Positions 27,101 to 42,000 are shown, numbered from the stretch's first letter. The stretch: DNA of 64,000 nucleotides from Schmidtea polychroa (GCA_044892525.1 CM097885.1:236408001-236472000); one strand, 5' to 3'. A program made the numbers and translations. The notes: generated by a model not told the origin, from the sequence alone.

Positions 27101-30100
27101 ATCCCTCATTAAATTTAACCGACTATATCCCCCTTAAAAGATCATATATTCCCACCTTATCCGATCTCTCATTAAATCTCACCGACAATATCCCAGCTTA
27201 ACCGATCTCTCACCAAATATTTCTACCCCTTTAAACATCTATCCGACTATATCCATTAATTCTACCCACTTGAATCCTCCTTTAATTCAATCAATCCTCT
27301 TAAAATTCTTAGAGAATTCTTCAAAAATATGAATTTTTATTAAATGTTATCGACATCCAAAATACATCTATGAAATAATTTAGTATCTAAATTCACGTAG
27401 TAAAAGATCAAAATTCACTAAAGTTTTCTACAAATATTTACCATCAAATACTGGAGATGATATATATTAATTGACCATAATTCTTCAACGATTCAACCAA
27501 TCATTTTCAAGCAATAATAACAAACTAAATCATAAATTTCAAGTAAATTTAAAATATCTATCCGAGATAAAGTTAACTGGTTTCTTAGCTTATGTTTTTA
27601 AAGATCATCAATGTGTAAATATTCTTAGAAAATTATTGAAAAAAATTATTTAGTCAAATGCATTACAAAGTCATCTAAAATTAAACCAATTACATAATTA
27701 TTAACCTAACAGTCATTAAAAAAAAATTAATTTTTATTTAAAATTTAACAAATTATCAAGAAATTCAATTAAAATCATCATTAAAGCTTTAAATTTTTTA
27801 ATAAATCAACATGAAATTCTTAGAAAATAATTGAAAAAAAAATATTACAAAGTCATATCCTATCACGTGATTATTAACCTGACTGTCATTAAAAATAATT
27901 TTTATTTAAAAAAAAACCAATCAATTTTAGACCTTAATGGGCTTATTTATCTTTAATTTACTTTAATTTAAAATATTAGACCATAATTTCATGTAAAATT
28001 TTTATGGAATAATTTTTAAGATAATTTTTAATGAAAATTTTTATGAAATATTTTTCAATGACAATTTTAGAAAAATTTTTTTGAAATAATTTTAGATTGA
28101 AATTATGTAAATTAAGGGATACATTTTTAAATTAAAGTAATCAATGGTCTATATTTTAAACTTCTATATTCGGTAAACAAGGACTAAATTAAGTAAATAA
28201 AGGGTTAAATTAAAGAAAATTATGACTAAGTTAATTAGATTTAAAGAATAATTACCTTTTCATTTAACACTACAGTGTTAATTTTTACCATTTTAGAATA
28301 ATATTTTTTATCAAAGTTCTTATCTTGATTTATTTAATTTTAATTGAATGTAATGACAAAATAGAGCGTGTTGTCTTCAATTTTAATGAATTAATTTGAA
28401 AGATTATTTAGATAAATTTTGGTGTTTAAGGTATTCATTAGTAATTATTTTTTTAGAGTTGATGGTTTTTGTGAATTTTTATCATTTTCGTGAATATCAT
28501 GTGGATTGAATGAATATTTAAAAATTTTAAGTTAGTTCTAAATAAATTTAATTAATTTCTTGATAATTGGATGCATTTTAATTGATTGGTTTTTTTTTTT
28601 AAATAAAAATTATTTTTAATGACAGTCAGGTTAATAATCACGTGATAGGATATGACTTTGTAATATTTTTTTTTCAATTATTTTCTAAGAATTTCATGTT
28701 GATTTATTAAAAAATTTAAAGCTTTAATGATGATTTTAATTGAATTTCTTGATAATTTGTTAAATTTTAAATAAAAATTAATTTTTTTTTAATGACTGTT
28801 AGGTTAATAATTATGTAATTGGTTTAATTTTAGATGACTTTGTAATGCATTTGACTAAATAATTTTTTTCAATAATTTTCTAAGAATATTTACACATTGA
28901 TGATCTTTAAAAACATAAGCTAAGAAACCAGTTAACTTTATCTCGGATAGATATTTTAAATTTACTTGAAATTTATGATTTAGTTTGTTATTATTGCTTG
29001 AAAATGATTGGTTGAATCGTTGAAGAATTATGGTCAATTAATATATATCATCTCCAGTATTTGATGGTAAATATTTGTAGAAAATTTTAGTGAATTTTGA
29101 TCTTTTACTACGTGAATTTAGATACTAAATTATTTCATAGATGTATTTTGGATGTCGATAACATTTAATAAAAATTCATATTTTTGAAGAATTCTCTAAG
29201 AATTTTAAGAGGATTGATTGAATTAAAGGAGGATTCAAGTGGGTAGAATTAATGGATATAGTCGGATAGATGTTTAAAGGGGTAGAAATATTTGGTGAGA
29301 GATCGGTTAAGCTGGGATATTGTCGGTGAGATTTAATGAGAGATCGGATAAGGTGGGAATATATGATCTTTTAAGGGGGATATAGTCGGTTAAATTTAAT
29401 GAGGGATAGGTTAAAATGGGAATATATCATTGTAAGGGAGATATAGTCGATTGACTTTAATGAGAGAATATGATCTTTTGAGGGGATATAGTCGGCTAAA
29501 TTTAATGAGGGATGGGTTAAGATGGGAATATATCATTGTAAGGGGGATATAGTTGATTGATTTTAATGAGAGATCAGATAAGGTGGGAATATATCATTGT
29601 AAGGGGGATATAGTTGATTGATTTTAATGAGAGATCAGATAAGGTGGGAATATATCATTGTAAGGGAGATATAGTCGATTGAATTTAATGAGAGATGGGT
29701 TAAGATGGGAATATATGATTTTTTAAGTATGCTGTTGGTAAAATATCAATGTTTTAAGGGAAATGGTAATTAGTCAGTTATGTATCAATAATAATTATAT
29801 CGTTTTATTAGATTGTGATTAATGCACAGTAAATTAATTTAGAACATTGTTTTATTAAGTAGGGATAATGATCGATTTACTTGGTTTTGACAATGAAATC
29901 TTTACAGATAATTGGGATTGACTTCAACTTTAAATTATTTTTATCTTTATTTAGACGGACAACGACAAAAGTTGGAAATATTGATTTAAAACGTCGACTA
30001 AAGAAAATTGATCTTTATTGGGAGAAATCTATCGGGTGATTTTAATTAGTAATTAAATCGGTTGGATATCGGTAAAAATGATCATTTGAAGAAATATGGA

Positions 30101-32393
30101 TAAATTTAATCTTTCTATGCAACTACTCAGTTATATTGTACAGTCAAATTTCAAGCAATATTTATTTTAAATTTCGATTACAGTGATTTATTTTTAGAAC
30201 AAAAATTTAATTATAACTGTTTTTTGTCATTAGACTTTATAAATTGTTTAGAGTTAATGATTTTACATGTTTTATAAGGAAATATTCGTGATAATAGGAA
30301 TTAAAGATATAATTATAGTCATTTAAACGGGATTTTAAGCAATCTTATTAGTCTGAGGGAAATATATAGCCTTTTAAGGGTATTTATCGATAAAATACTT
30401 ATCTTTAAAGACATTGATATTTCATGGAAATTTGATGCTTTCTAGATGATTTTAGTAGAAAATTTACTTGGATATACAAATTATTGACATTTAAATGAAT
30501 TTACTGGTTTATTAGATGTCATCATTAGTTATCTAGTCTCTTTTGGAATTTAATGATAATTATTTTTATTGTAGATTGTTGACTTTGATAATGGTAATGA
30601 ATTCATACTGAATTTTGTGTATAATTTGAGGAATTAGTAAATAGATTTCAATATACGTGTATTACTTTTAAAAAATAATTAAAATTAATTTATTTCAATT
30701 AATTTATTCAATCAAAATAAATTATCTACTAGATCTTATTATCTTTATTATCTTAGTTGATTAACTTGAATGATTTTAGAAAATTTACTTGGATATACCA
30801 ATTATTGACATTTAAATGAATTTACTGGTTTATTAGATGTTATCATTAGTTATCTAGTCTCTTTTGGAATTTAATGATAATTATTTTTATTGTAGATTGT
30901 TGACTTTGATAATGGTAATGAATTCATACTGAATTAATTTATTTCAGTTAATTTATTCAATCAAAATAAATTATCTACTAGATCTTATTATCTTTATTAT
31001 CTTAGTTGATTAACTTAAATGATCAGTATTTTTTTTTATTTACTGGATGATTAATGACTAGAATTTAAAGTTCTTTCGTCCATTACATTTTGTTATTTAT
31101 TATGTTTTGAATAATTTAAATTTTTACAATGATTTATTTAATTTTTATCTAGTTATTGGAAAATCATACAAGTACTGGTAATCAGATAATTAATGAATTG
31201 CATTTTTTTTTATTAATTTTTCATCCAATTTTTCAAGTGAAGAGTATTTTCTTTTAAAGATCAATTTTTTATTACATAGTTGTTGGTTGTAAGTATCTGG
31301 TTGTTAATATTTGGTATCTGATTGATAGAGTTTAGTTGTAGATGATGACAAGAATATATTGCATGTGATGAAGAATATTTTGTATTTAATTGCTATTATT
31401 TTTATGTGTTGTTAGTTGATTGTTGGTACTTGGTATCTTGTATTTAGTAGTTGGTACAGTGTTGTTTACTGATTGTTGTCATATAGTTGTATATATTTGT
31501 TAATTTCTCGATAGGTTTTGATGGTGGTTGTTAGTACATGGTTGTAAGTGTTTAGTATTTTGTTGTTTGAAACCTAGTGGTAGCTAATTAATGAGTAGGT
31601 GGTAGTTGAGTGTTACCAATATTGCAAGTGAAGAGTATTTGCTTTTAAAGATCAATTTGTTATTACTTGATTGTTTTTACTTGGTTGTTAGTACATGTTC
31701 GTAAGTTACTGGTTGTTGGTACTAAGTTGTTGGTATCTTGTATTTGGTAGTTGGTACAGTATTGTTTACTGATTGTTATATAGTTGTAGGTTGATAATAC
31801 TTAGTACCAGGTTGATGTTGGTTGTATGTACTTGGTATTTAGTTGTTAGCTGGTTGATGTTGCTTGTTAGTACTTGGTAGGTGGTGGTTGAGTGTTACCA
31901 ATACCCCTACGACTAGTACCTTTACGACTAATACCCTTACGACCAGTACCATTACGACCTGTACCCTTAGGGGGTCAAAACATCCTGTCGGATAAACTCA
32001 GTATATATATAATAAAACTGATCAACAATAAGTAGTTATTGAATGTGATTTTTACTTTGCAATAATAAGTCAGTAGTTATCAATTAAAAGAAGAATGTTT
32101 TGTAAATTAGAATTCATTAGTATTTCATTGTAATTTAAATTATTTTGAATTCCAAGTAGTGATGAGTTGACAATTATTCATTTTTGTTAAATTTAGACAT
32201 TTTGAAAAGATTTTTTCTACTGATTGTAATTAAACATATTTTTGAAGACAGATAAAAAATTAATTTAAAAATCATTTGATAAAATACAATAAAGAATACT
32301 TAGTTGGTTGTTAGTACATAGTTGTAGGTACTTAGTAGTTGGTTGTATGTACTTGGTATCTAGTTGTACCTGATAGTTGTTGGTATCCGATTG

Positions 32394-32444
<51 letters not shown>

Positions 32445-32660
32445 GATTATAATTATTATTATTTTTATCAATATTATTATTATTTTTATTATTATTTTTA
32501 ATTTTATTTTTTATTATGATTTTCATTATTTTTTATTATTATAATTATTATTAATATTTTTATTATTTTTTATTATTATTTTTTATTATTATAATTATTA
32601 TTAATATTTTTATTATTTTTTATTATTATTTTTATTAATATTAATATTATTTTTATTATG

Positions 32661-32719
<59 letters not shown>

Positions 32720-32944
32720 GATTATAATTATTATTATTTTTATCAATATTATTATTATTTTTATTATTATTTTTAATTTTATTTTTTATTATGATTTTCA
32801 TTATTTTTTATTATTATAATTATTATTAATATTTTTATTATTTTTATTTATTATTTTTTATTATTATAATTATTATTAATATTTTTATTATTTTTTATTA
32901 TTATTTTTATTAATATTAATATTATTTTTATTATGATTATTATG

Positions 32945-33025
<81 letters not shown>

Positions 33026-36000
33026 AATATTAATATTATTTTTATTATTTTTTATTATTATTTTTATTATTAATTTTTATTATCATTGAAATTTGCATCT
33101 AAATTTGCCTTTGAAAATTATTTCATTAAAATTTCCATTTAAATTTGTCTTTGACAATTATTAATTCATTAAAATTTCTATTTAAAATTAGCTTCAAAAA
33201 TTATTCCATAAAAATTTCTATTCAAATTTAACTTAAAAAAAATATTTCATAAATATTTTCAATAAAAATTAACTTAAAAAAATTATTCCATAAAAGTTTC
33301 TATTAAAATTTGACTTTAAAAAATTATTTCTTAAAAATTTTATTTTAAATTTTTATGTCTCAGAAGCGGTTGGTTATTCCAACTTTTGTTTATAAATTTT
33401 AATTTAAAGTTTTGAACCTATAATTTAAAAATAAAACATTAATTTACCTATTTATCCTTGTATTACTTTATTTAAATTTTTTTACCATAATTTACAACCA
33501 AATATAGCCCTTATTTTCATATTTAACCAATAATTTCATGTAGTGAATGATTAATTGACAATGATTTGCATCTTTAATTACTATTGAAAAATAATACATA
33601 AAACTTTCCATCTAAAATTAACATTGAAAAATAATTCATAAAAATTAACTTAAAAAATAATTATTTCATTAAAATTTTCATCTAAAATTAACATTGAAAA
33701 ATATTTCATATAAATTTTCATCTGAAATTAACATTGAAAAATATTTCATAAAAATGTCTATTAAAAATTATCTTAAAAAATATACGTTAAAAATTTTCAT
33801 TTAAAATTTTCAATTCTCAATCACCAACTATTATTCCAACTTTTGTAAATAAATTTTAAAATCTAACTTTAACTTTTTTTACTTATTACATTACTTAAAT
33901 TTACTTATTTAACTTTAATTTAAAGTTTTATTTTACCATTGATTACTTAATGTTAAATTTTGAACCTTAATTAACTTTAATTTATTTTTTAGAACCTTAA
34001 TTTAGTTATTTGAGCCCATTGATTACTTTAATTTAAATATTTGGACCTTAATTTACTTATTTGAACTCATTGATTGCTTTAATTTTAAATTTTAGACCTT
34101 AATTAACTTATTTGAACCCGTTGATTAATTTAAATTAATTTTTTTTTAGAACCTTAATTAACTCATTTGAACCCATTGATTACTTTAATTTAATTTTTTT
34201 TTAGAACCTTAATTAACTTATTTGAACCTGTTGATTAATTTAATTTAATTTTTTTTTAGAACCTTAATTAACTCATTTGAACCCATTGATTACTTTAATT
34301 TAATTTTTTTTGGATCTTAATTTACTAATTTGAACCTTAATTTACTTATTACATTACTTATTTAAAAATTATTACTTTAATTTACTCATTTAGCTTTAAT
34401 TTAAAATTTGAACCATTGTTTCCTTTAATTTCCTAATTTAGCCTTTAATTTACTTATTTAACTTTAAATTAAAATTATTGACCATTGTTTACTGTAATTC
34501 AATTTTTAGACCCAACATTTAATGTAATTCAAAAATTTGGACCATAATTTACTTTAATTTAAAAATCTTAGTCCATAATTTACTGTAATCCAATTTTTAG
34601 ACCCATAATTTGCTTTATTTTAAAAAAATTACCATGTTTTTTAGTGTAGACCACCTTTTTGTATTGAAAATAACCTGAGACCTTGAATTACCATACTTTT
34701 TTAGTGTAAACCGTCTTTTTGTATTGAAAATCCTAGGACTATGGAGACTCTCTCACTATAGTGTGAAAAATCCATGCTTTTTTATTGGAGACTACCTTTT
34801 CTATTGAAAATATCCTGAGACCTTAAATAACCATGGCTTTTTTAGTGATAATCAGATTTTGTATTGAAAATCCCTGGACCAAGGAGACCCACCCAAATAA
34901 TACTGACTTATCCTTTGCTTTTGTATTGAAAATATCCTGAGACTTTAAATTGCCACTGTTTTTTAGTGTAGACCACCTATTTGTATTTAAAATATCCTGA
35001 GACCTTGAATTACCAAACTTTTTTAGTGTAAACCGTCTTTTTGTATTGAAAATCCTAGGACTATGGAAACCCACCCCTTCACTATAGTCTGAATAATCCA
35101 TGCTTTTTTAGTGTAGACTACCTTTTCTATTGAAATTCTCAGGACCAAGGAGACCCACCCAAATAATACTTATTCTTGGCTTGTTTATTGAAAAAAAAAA
35201 ATTTTTGTATTTAAAATCCCAGAAAAAAATCATTGGAGCATGCGGCAACAATTATGTAATCAAAAAATGTCTACGGAAAAAGTTATGCAATCAAAAGTTT
35301 GCAACATTTTTTACCCCCCCCCCCCTATTGTTCCCGTAGGCCACTAACTACCTACTGGCACAGAACCATTCGAGAAGATATATATGGATATATGTGGGCC
35401 ATTGAAAGAAACGTTCAACAAAAAGAAATATATTTGCGGAATCATTGACCACTATAGTAAATACATCTCATTAACGGCCATAAACAAGCAAGACGAAAAA
35501 ACAATTAGTGAGACGTTATTAAATAAATGGATATTAAAGTTTGGAGCTCCAAAAGAACTTCATGTAGATTGTGGGAAGAACTTTGAAGCAAGAAGTATAA
35601 AAGAACTAGCAAAGGCAGCTGGCATTGAATTAATTTTCTCAAGCCCATATCACCATAACACGAATGGTATTATTGAAAGACAATTCAGAACAATCAGAGA
35701 GTATATTAACGCGTCATTGAATGAAGGAGGAAGGAAAAACTGGGCTGATATAGTGCCAGAAATAGAATATACTTTAAATGCAACAGTTCAAAAAACAACG
35801 GGAGTAAGCCCAGCAGAGATTATATTTGGGAGGAAAATCGACAGAATGAAATGGTACTCGAATAAAGAAATAAATAGAGAAGATATGGAAAAGAGAATAG
35901 AGGATAAAACACTAAAACCAAAAATAAGCAAAACAGCGAGAGATTTTGAAATGGAAGATGTGGTTTTGATCAAACAAGAAATTCGAAATAAAGACGATGC

Positions 36001-39000
36001 AAGGTGGGAAGGGCCGTACAAAGTGATAAAGAAAATACATGAACGGAGCTACTTACTTAAAGATCAAAATGGGAAGATGGTAGTCAGAAATGTTGAGAAG
36101 ATCAAACATTTTAAAAAAGGGGGATGTGAGGAGTTAAAATTAAAATACTAAATTAAATTAGTTCATGATTAAAATTTGTAAAATTTTAATTGAAACTTAA
36201 ATTATTTTAAGATATTAAAATTGAAATGATAATTGAAATTTTAAAATAAAATAATTTTTAATAAAATTGAAATTCAAGTATGAATGCGATGGTATGTTGA
36301 TATTTGGTTGAAATTAAAATTTAGAAAATGTCCCAAGAATATTTGTTTATATAATCAGATTTAATGAAATATAATTTTGGATTTAATAGTCTTAGTAATT
36401 TATTTTGATGACAGAAGAATTAAATGTTATAGCTTCTAACACACAGTATAAGGCAGAACATGTCGAACGGTTTAATCGTACATTGAGAGATAAACTGAAA
36501 AAGTATTTTGTACATTAAGGAAATAAAACATGGATACATGTTTTACCAAAGCTAAATCATTCATATAACCATTCAACGCATCGTGGTTTAAATGGATTAA
36601 GACCTGTTGATGTTTCAATTGATAATCGAGTAAAGTTGTGGTTATCTCGTTAATTTCCAAAACCAAAGAAAGCAAGGTATAAAATTGGAGATTATGTAAG
36701 GATTTCAAAAATTAGTGCCTCTCCATTTATTAAAAACTTTGATAGCAATTGGATCGATGAGGTTTTTCAAATTTCAAAGATTAATACCAAACAGTGTCCT
36801 GTAATTGCAAGTTATTCCACGTCCTACAACGTTTAGAATACAGAAAATTCTAAAGACAAGTGAAAAAGGGAAACATAAACAATATTATATCAAGTGGCAC
36901 GGATATCAAAACCCCACTTTGATATTGGAATCTCAGTTTAAATGAATAAAAATAATTTTTACATGATTTTACCTAGCAATAGCTCTCCTTTAATCCATCC
37001 AAATAACAATGCTAGTAAATTTATTGTCGAACTTTAAAATCCAATCTATTTAAATGGTAGTTTGGAAGTGTTCTTGTTGGATTTTACATTTGTATACAAT
37101 CTCTTTCCATTTTACAGCAATTCCAAGATTGAATATACCAAGATGGAATCAGTATCAGAAATTGTTAAAGTGAAGATAATTCAAGGCAGCTATGAAATGA
37201 TCAATCAAACAAATAAAAAATGTGATAATATATGTTGAAGATAGATATTTATATTTTCAATGTTTGAAGCGACCATTTCAATTTTTATTTGAAACCTTAA
37301 CTGATGCAAAACGTCTAGGATTTACTCTATTGGGTAACACTTTTGATGAAACGGTGAAATTTGATCTTAATGCTCTTCACAAAACCGATGCTCTATTCAA
37401 ATTTCAACTCTTGTATAACAAAGCATTTGAGCATGTCTATACATTTCAAGATGATTAGTATATTACAGATCTCAATCAATTACAAGTTTATTTAACAAAA
37501 CATTGTGCAAATATTTTCGCTATTGTTGAATTAGACAAATATTTTAAATTTCAAATGAATCCGACTGTTGGCCAAATGACATTTGACTCTGATTTGGTAA
37601 AGACATTAGGATTATCAATAGAAACGTTTATACAACTTATACAACGTTTATACAACGTTTATATAACTTAAAAGTTAACGAAGGAACATCGAAACCAAAA
37701 ATAATTAAACTTCATCAAAAAATGTTCATTTATAGTTCATTTAAATGTTCAACAAATATGTATATATCTATATTTGTTGGTGATGTTAGTGTTCCTCTAT
37801 TGAAATCAGTATGGATTGAAAAACATGAGCAGGATGATGTATCTGATTCAACATCATGTATAAACAATATAAAAATTAATATAAGTGATGATAGAGGAAA
37901 ATTGATAAAATTTCCAAAAAATTCAAAACCTCATTTTTCGAAAGGTGAATGACTAATCGTGATATTGTATCGCTTTATAGTGGTAGTCAAAATGGTGGAG
38001 AATTACCATATTTTATTGGTAAACAATATGAATCCGGATGGTTGCAAACAATTGGAAGGTTTGCACTTACCATACTTAAAAAGATTAGTTCTTTTCGCAT
38101 GAAAACAGCAAAGGATGTGATAATGAAAGATCAAAAAATTCTTCCAACATTGAAAAGACATGCAATGGATGTAATTGGGAAATTGATACCTGGTGTAGCA
38201 AAAAGTTCCAAACCAAATGAAACTAAGAAACTTTCACCACCACCACCACCACCAATACTAAAACTAACACCACAACAAATTCTGAATAAACGACGAAGAT
38301 CGGTTATAAACAAAAGATAGAAAGGTCGTAGAACAATATTTCAAAATGATAATGTCCCGAAAAACTGAATTGTGTATTTTTGATCGTCCATCTCCACAAG
38401 TAGTCATTGAAAATTGAGTATTTGAAGATGTATTTCCCATGAATTCAATTACTTTATTGAATGATACTCTATTATCAATTCAATTGAAAGTTTTTGATAA
38501 AGACAAGAAAGATCTGGCAGATGGTGTAGATGTAGTACCGAGTAACTTCATGTTTCATAGTCTATTTAAATATGTTATAATTGGTTTTAATAATATCAAA
38601 GTCGAGAGTGGCAACCATACATATGCACACAAAGCTTTAATTGAAACGATTTTAAACTATAATGGGGATACAAACATATACCCAAGATTTTGACAACGAT
38701 AATTATGCTAGACATATATGCAGTCTATAATACGAAATATGGGTTATTTAGACAAAAAATTGAATTGTGGAATCGACATTGTAGATTTTAAGAAGAAATA
38801 CCCCTTCTTTACATTCATTTTAGCTCCTGACTTCGATTAGAATCAAAGTCAATTACCACAGAATGGTAATTTGAGACTTGATATTAAATTCACCAAGGAT
38901 CTAACATCTCTTGCATACGTAATTATTTATGGAGTATTTGAGAGCGAAATTCAAATTTCAGCTAATCGAACAATTTTAGTTGATGAAATAGTTTAAATAT

Positions 39001-42000
39001 GGAGTAAGTTTGTTTTATTATAAATGATTTACTTGATTATTTCTGTTCAGCTTAACCGAATTGCAACAAATCTATTTAGAGACAAGTTTTTGGGAGTTTA
39101 TCCATTAGATAAAATCCCTTTTCTTGACAAATACAATGCTATATTAGTCAATACTGAATCCTCAAGTCTAGGTGACGAACATTGGCTAGCAGTCTATGTG
39201 AAACCGGAAAAGATGTATGTGTTTGACCCCATGGGTTATTACTATCCATCTCTGCTAGTGTCAAAATTATCAAAATTATCAAAACCTATTGTCTACAACA
39301 AAATTAGACATCAAGAACCATTAACAGTTACATGTGGACAATACTGTATTGATTGGTTATGCTTGATATTTAATAAATGTTAGTTAATGATTTTTAGTTC
39401 TTATTTACAAAACAAAAACAAACTAAAATGACACATTTTCTATACAAGTTTTATTATATAACATTGACAAGCTTTATTATGTACAGAATATTCACAATTA
39501 GTCAAGTCAAATAAATGTTTTTCGAGATCACAATACCATATATCATGGAAATTTATTATCTTAACATTCCTCAGAAATTGTTATGTAATAATGTCCGTAT
39601 GCGAAACTCTGATTCTTACCCACCCAAACCCTCTTGTCATCATTTTTTGTAAGTGCTGTTTTTGTTGTTTTAAATGTTAAAAGTTGATGATTGTTTGATC
39701 CAATGTGTTTCTGATAAACCTTTGGAATTATTATTCCGTTGTAACAATCAATGTAAGACGGATGACTTATTTCTGTATCTTATAATCTAATTCCTTTTGC
39801 TTTCATGTTTTTCTTCGTTCCTCCCAAAAGACTGAGTCACTTCGGACGAAGAAAAACCCATTCATCATATTTAACCCCTTTGCTTTCATCCTTGAATTTA
39901 CCAATAACAGAATCTAATTTTCTACTATATAAAGGATGAGTGGGTTCATAATTTGACGTATCCAACAAATTATCCGAGATCATTGCCTTTAATAAAGTTT
40001 CTAATTTGATGTATCTACATTCTAAAAAGAACGAATCGGTATCACCAGCAACAATATTTATTTGGCAATTGAATTCTCTTCGGTATTTTTCAAGTTCAAT
40101 GTATTGAAGCTGGTACATTCGCAGTTTTGACAAATCCAAAATTGATTGACCTATATAGGAAGGTCTATCTAAACAAACACTATCCTGATTTAAAATAGCA
40201 GCAATTAAATTGTCTGCATTCTTTATACTTTTTCGAAACGACGGTTTTGAAGCATAAGTCATCATTTTACTTTTGGAATTACAAAGTCTCAAATTTAATC
40301 GTTTCTTCTAATTTCCCACTGTTTTTCCGTAAAGGCTATTATTTAATAAGAGAGTTTGAAGACTATAAATCAGTAATATATCGATGTTTGTTGGTAGTTT
40401 CTTTGACGAATTCCGCATTAATACCAAATTGAATCTTTACATTTTTCATTTCTGCTAAACATTCTTGTAATTTCGCCCTCAGAGAATTCGGAATGATCAT
40501 TTCTTGAACATTATATCTTGAAATGTTCAAAGAAATAATTCTGTGTGATTTGTATAAATCACATTCTATTTCAGGATCTCCGATTATTCCAGCACCGGTT
40601 TGTAGTCTTTCTAAATCCTCATCTTCATCAGCTATGGAGTACTGATCTGCATAATCAGTACTTTCGCTACAATTCTCTGATAATTCATCAACTACTTCAT
40701 AGTTGAGCAATTCATCAACTACTTCAAACAATTCATAATCTAAATTTTCCCGGATTGCATCTTCTTGGATTGCATCTCCTTGAAATTCATCAACTATATC
40801 AAAGTCAAGCAATCAATTATCTAAAATGTGATCTTCCTGGATTTTATCTCCTAGAACTTCTTGGATTTCATCTTCATGGATGATATCTTCTAAAATTTGG
40901 TGTTCTTGAACTGAATCTTCAGAATCACTGATTTCTATTACACTGTGTTGATCTTCACCTGAGTCCAGTATTTCTATTATTTCATCATTTACTTGAGCGC
41001 CATTAGATGTCTCCCAGTCAAAGTTAAAAATTTCATCATACACAAAAGTCGATATCTACATTACGGGGAATTTTATTATTTGCGTGAAAAACATTTGACG
41101 ATTTTCGTTTTAAAATTATCTTTTTAGTTATTACATATTGAGTCAAATGACTTTGATGATTTTTGTAAAAAGTTAGATATGGTTCAGAACTAAGGGTCTC
41201 ACAAAACGGACATACATAATATGCCTTTTGGAAATATGTTACACGGTAATAAATTTCCATAATTTTATGGCAATTTATACCATGTTCCGAGCAACTGCAA
41301 TAATTTGGGTATAATTTACCTTGAAAAATAAAGTAAATATATTCATTTTCAAATATTATTATCATTTAATTTTAGAGGGTACGCACAGGATGCTTTCCCA
41401 AAATTTATCAACCGGTTCGCAGTAATATTTTCTTACAATTTTTTTTATTTTTTTAATATTAATATTTCCATCAAAATATTATGGTTTGTCAGAGTAGCAG
41501 ACTAAGTCAAGAATATTTAACTATCGTTCATATTCTTTGCAACAATAATATAATAGGATAAAAGAGAATAAAAAAATAATTCAACGAGGTAAAAATCACT
41601 TTTATTTTATTTATTAATTTCAAGAGATACAAAATTTACATAAAAAAAAACTGAACATAACAAAAAAATTGTGAAATTGCATATATTAGTAAATATTATT
41701 GTTATAAAGTAATTATATTATTTAGAATATTTCCAAATAGCTAATTGATTTTCAGTATATTCTTTCGGTTTAGATTTTTTAACCCTGGTATCATCTGCCG
41801 AGTTATGGTTCCTCAACCAAGTTTTTACATAGGGAACTGCGTTCCAAGTTTCTAATAGACGACCAACTAAGTTTAATGTCATCAAATTTGATACTGTCTG
41901 CACTGTTGATCTGGCTCTTATATCAGCAATTATGATGTTCATCAATGAAAATCCTCGTTCTGCTAACGGCAACCGTATTAACCATATCTTTCGCTTTTTG

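Larger units (their letters stand above)
21269..35356. mobile_element. 14,088-bp palindromic non-coding element with Polinton-type termini
   Basis: Arms 21269-27926 and 28580-35356 are reverse complements. The ends are AGTAGGTAGTTAG...CTAACTACCTACT. 6-bp TSD agcaca (21263-21268) / ggcaca (35357-35362). Confidence 0.9.
17290..36441 (+). mobile_element. Ty3/Gypsy LTR retrotransposon, interrupted by a 14-kb insertion
   Basis: 317-bp TG...CA LTRs; 5-bp TSD cacag (17285-17289, 36442-36446); PBS-like tggcgacc at 17607; PPT aaaaaagggggga before 36125; domain order gag-PR-RT-RH-IN. Confidence 0.95.
16809..36940 (+). pseudogene. Polinton retroviral-like integrase (16809-17289 + 36447-36940), split by the Gypsy element
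   Basis: PASFGGVNKL, DDLWQLDL, YKYILTCI, LQTDLGKEF, then (rejoined) SQYKAEHVERFNRTL. The C-terminus is chromodomain-like (YYIKWHGY). Contains stops and frameshifts. Confidence 0.88.

Noticed and set aside
21490..27260. Regularly spaced repeats in the palindrome arms as a CRISPR-like array
   Set aside because: The units are degenerate tandem copies without unique spacers, there are no cas genes, and the context is eukaryotic.
21526..35339. Mirror-image short ORFs in the arms (92 aa, 60 aa, poly-Ile, poly-Asn)
   Set aside because: They arise from tandem repeats and microsatellites, have no recognisable motifs, and are duplicated only because of the palindrome.
21269..35356. The palindrome as a pure sequencing or assembly fold-back artefact
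   Set aside because: The flanks continue colinearly through the Gypsy integrase with a TSD, there is a unique spacer, and the arms differ in places. It is not fully excluded without reads.
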